A stretch of 62,390 nucleotides of DNA, filler included. It is 10 parts of 10 records of this genome, joined end to end, with 100 filler letters (N's around TTAATTAATTAA, not from the genome) between each part and the next. Parts side by side here need not be neighbours in the genome. Positions count along the whole stretch, not along the records: positions 55,745 to 62,390 come from SRR9670534_1167; 9 more parts are not named here. One strand, given 5' to 3'. The position numbers and the translations under genes were made by a program. The notes under the pieces were generated by a model. The model had not been told where the DNA came from, made no database searches, and saw only the letters and a list, made by a program, of their open reading frames with translations. Shown in pieces: positions 60,558 to 62,390 of this stretch (the stretch's first letter is position 1; every line of letters starts with the position of its first letter).

Positions 60558-62064
60558 TCATTTGGTGGCGCCAACGTACTTTTTCTTCAGTCGGACATAA
60601 ACAGGATGAGATTCCGCTAAATGGCACTTCATTTGTTGATAGGCATACAATTGCTCCATAAATCCAGGATTTGGTTTAATGAATCGTTTCTTCATTATGA
60701 AATCATGGGCTTCTTTAACGTTCATTTTACAATATTTCATTAAATACGCAATTATAATAGTTGCGCTGCGTGATTGACCCAAGTAACTAAAAAATGATTA
60801 CCTACATATTTCAAGTAAGTTACATACGTAGTGGGTACATTATGTATCATACATGTGTATTATTATTATTATTAACGGCGCACCCAAGCACCCTGTCCGC
60901 ACCCACCAACATTTTGAAGATCTTTTAGTTACTGTTACAAAATTGAGGTTTTAGAGATTTCATTGAAGATTGACTTCATATGAAGTCTGAAGTACTTAGT
61001 TTTTTCAATTAAACTACTTTTAGGTGCTTCTATACAAGTTTTACGATTAAATTTGACCAAAATTTTTGCTCCCATTTTTTTCTAATTTCACTCTAAATTT
61101 TGCATCCCCTTGAAAATGTTTGAGTCAAAAACGATCCTAGTACTGTGTACCATAGATCATTGATCATAATTTATAAATAAATAAATCATGGAGAAAAAAT
61201 GTACATATTATGGATTCACAACTAATAGTTATGCAGACTGCATAATGCAGACTTGTGCATCCGCCAAGGTGCAGGATTCCTGCAGCAGGAAGGTTTAAAA
61301 CGTACGTACATCAAGGATATTAAACCAACATTTAATATCCTTGACGTACATATATGTATACCTAACAGGTATTACCTGTTACTGTAACATTAATAATAAC
61401 AACGCAAACTTGTGCATGCTGCAAGGTGGTGAAGCGTTTTTTATACATTTTATTATGAATACGTTTCTTATACATTTCATGAATAGGAACATTCCAAGGA
61501 CTCCTATACTACCTAAACAAGGTGATATAGGAGTCCTTGGTAGTACCAAGTTGGTACATTCAGAATGTTACATATTCTATGGGATGATCGGACGTAGGCA
61601 TGCTTTTATTATTATGTGTACTAATGTACTAGGTATGTAATAATAATTAGGCATAGCCTACGCTACATCGGTTTACACCGTACTTCCGTAGTATGTACTA
61701 CTACGGTGACCGTACTGATCTTACAAGTTTATTATGTAAACTACTTGTTAGTTTATAAGTATACTTACCAATGAACCAAAACGGGGTGTTTTGCAGATAA
61801 AGCTTGATGGATCCAATCAACACATTCATCAAAGCTACACAGAAGGTTAAAGTTTGGAATGTCATTAGCGTATACAAATTTGACAAAAAAGCGATGTTCA
61901 TCAATCGTCTTTACTTTGCTAGTATTGACAGTTAAAACATGAGAAATACCGCAAGTTTTAGCCAAGCAGTCAACATTTCCAGCAGCAGCCATATTTCCCA
62001 CATAGAGATCATCAATTATTCTACTGAAAGAACTTTCAGTGACTTGATTTCCTTTCGAAATCAT
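60558..62064 (-). CDS. Atypical dual-specificity phosphatase, 2 exons
   Basis: Exons 62064-61768 and 60786-60558 join to give the VLVHCYLGQSRSAT active-site loop, AYLM and PNPGFMEQL. Confidence 0.92.
61311..61344. repeat. 34-bp hairpin element
   Basis: TCAAGGATATTAAA..TTTAATATCCTTGA shares CAAGGATATTA with 10163-10191. Confidence 0.8.
61494..61540. repeat. 47-bp hairpin element
   Basis: CCAAGGACTCCTATA..TATAGGAGTCCTTGG has 15-bp arms. Confidence 0.8.
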
Positions 62065-62364
62065 CTAAAATAAATAGGTAACTCAAATAGCCGAGTTATT
62101 ATTATGTACTATGTATTATGTATTATTAGTAATAATTTATTACATAATATGTACTACGTAGTTGAATTATGTATTAATTTATTAATTTAACACTGTACAG
62201 CAGGATTTCTATAAAAAGCAAAACCATGGACCACTTAATACTTACGTACTTTATTATGTACATATTACATACCTAACTACATAGTACATATTATTATTAA
62301 TTAACAGTTAATAATGACAGATTGGCAAAATAAAAAATCACTACTACATATAAAAGTACATACA

Positions 62365-62390
62365 TACCGTGTTTATTCGATTAAACGCCG
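62365..62390 (+). mobile_element. pogo/Tc2-like transposon terminus at contig end
   Basis: TA-CCGTGTTTATTCGATTAAACGCCG matches the reverse complement of 20225-20252. Confidence 0.65.

Overview
The window is ten unrelated contigs joined by artificial N44-TTAATTAATTAA-N44 linkers, so adjacency across a linker carries no meaning. Nine contigs come from an AT-rich animal with a compact genome and short introns; its thyroid hormone receptor looks lophotrochozoan-like (inference). They carry: the first exons of a thyroid hormone receptor (its zinc-finger exon is missed by the ORF track), a 2-Cys peroxiredoxin, a C2H2 zinc-finger gene, an I-group LINE with RNase H, DSTYK, RPB6, an orphan gene, a WW protein, two tandem orphan membrane proteins, DHPS, BAG1, PAIP1, a TTBK-like kinase, ASXL, a pentraxin adhesion GPCR, an RNF220-like gene, GCNT, ARMC9 and an atypical DUSP. 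One contig (24988-32100) is bacterial: M23 peptidase, bactofilin, argS, recA, ppnN-like, gtrA, sdaA and gcvP, suggesting a low-GC co-assembled symbiont or contaminant. The most striking unexplained signals are non-coding. (1) The 5' regions of housekeeping genes are chains of TA-(2-3 nt)-TA words that match Tc1/mariner/pogo excision footprints, and pogo-like termini sit at four contig ends. (2) A family of 13-80 bp hairpins has C(C)AWGG-type ends. (3) Nuclear-receptor half-sites cluster upstream of the TR gene. (4) AP-1/X-box modules recur in two introns. (5) Splice acceptors sit directly before many start codons. (6) The LINE ORF2 is broken only by three in-frame TAG codons.
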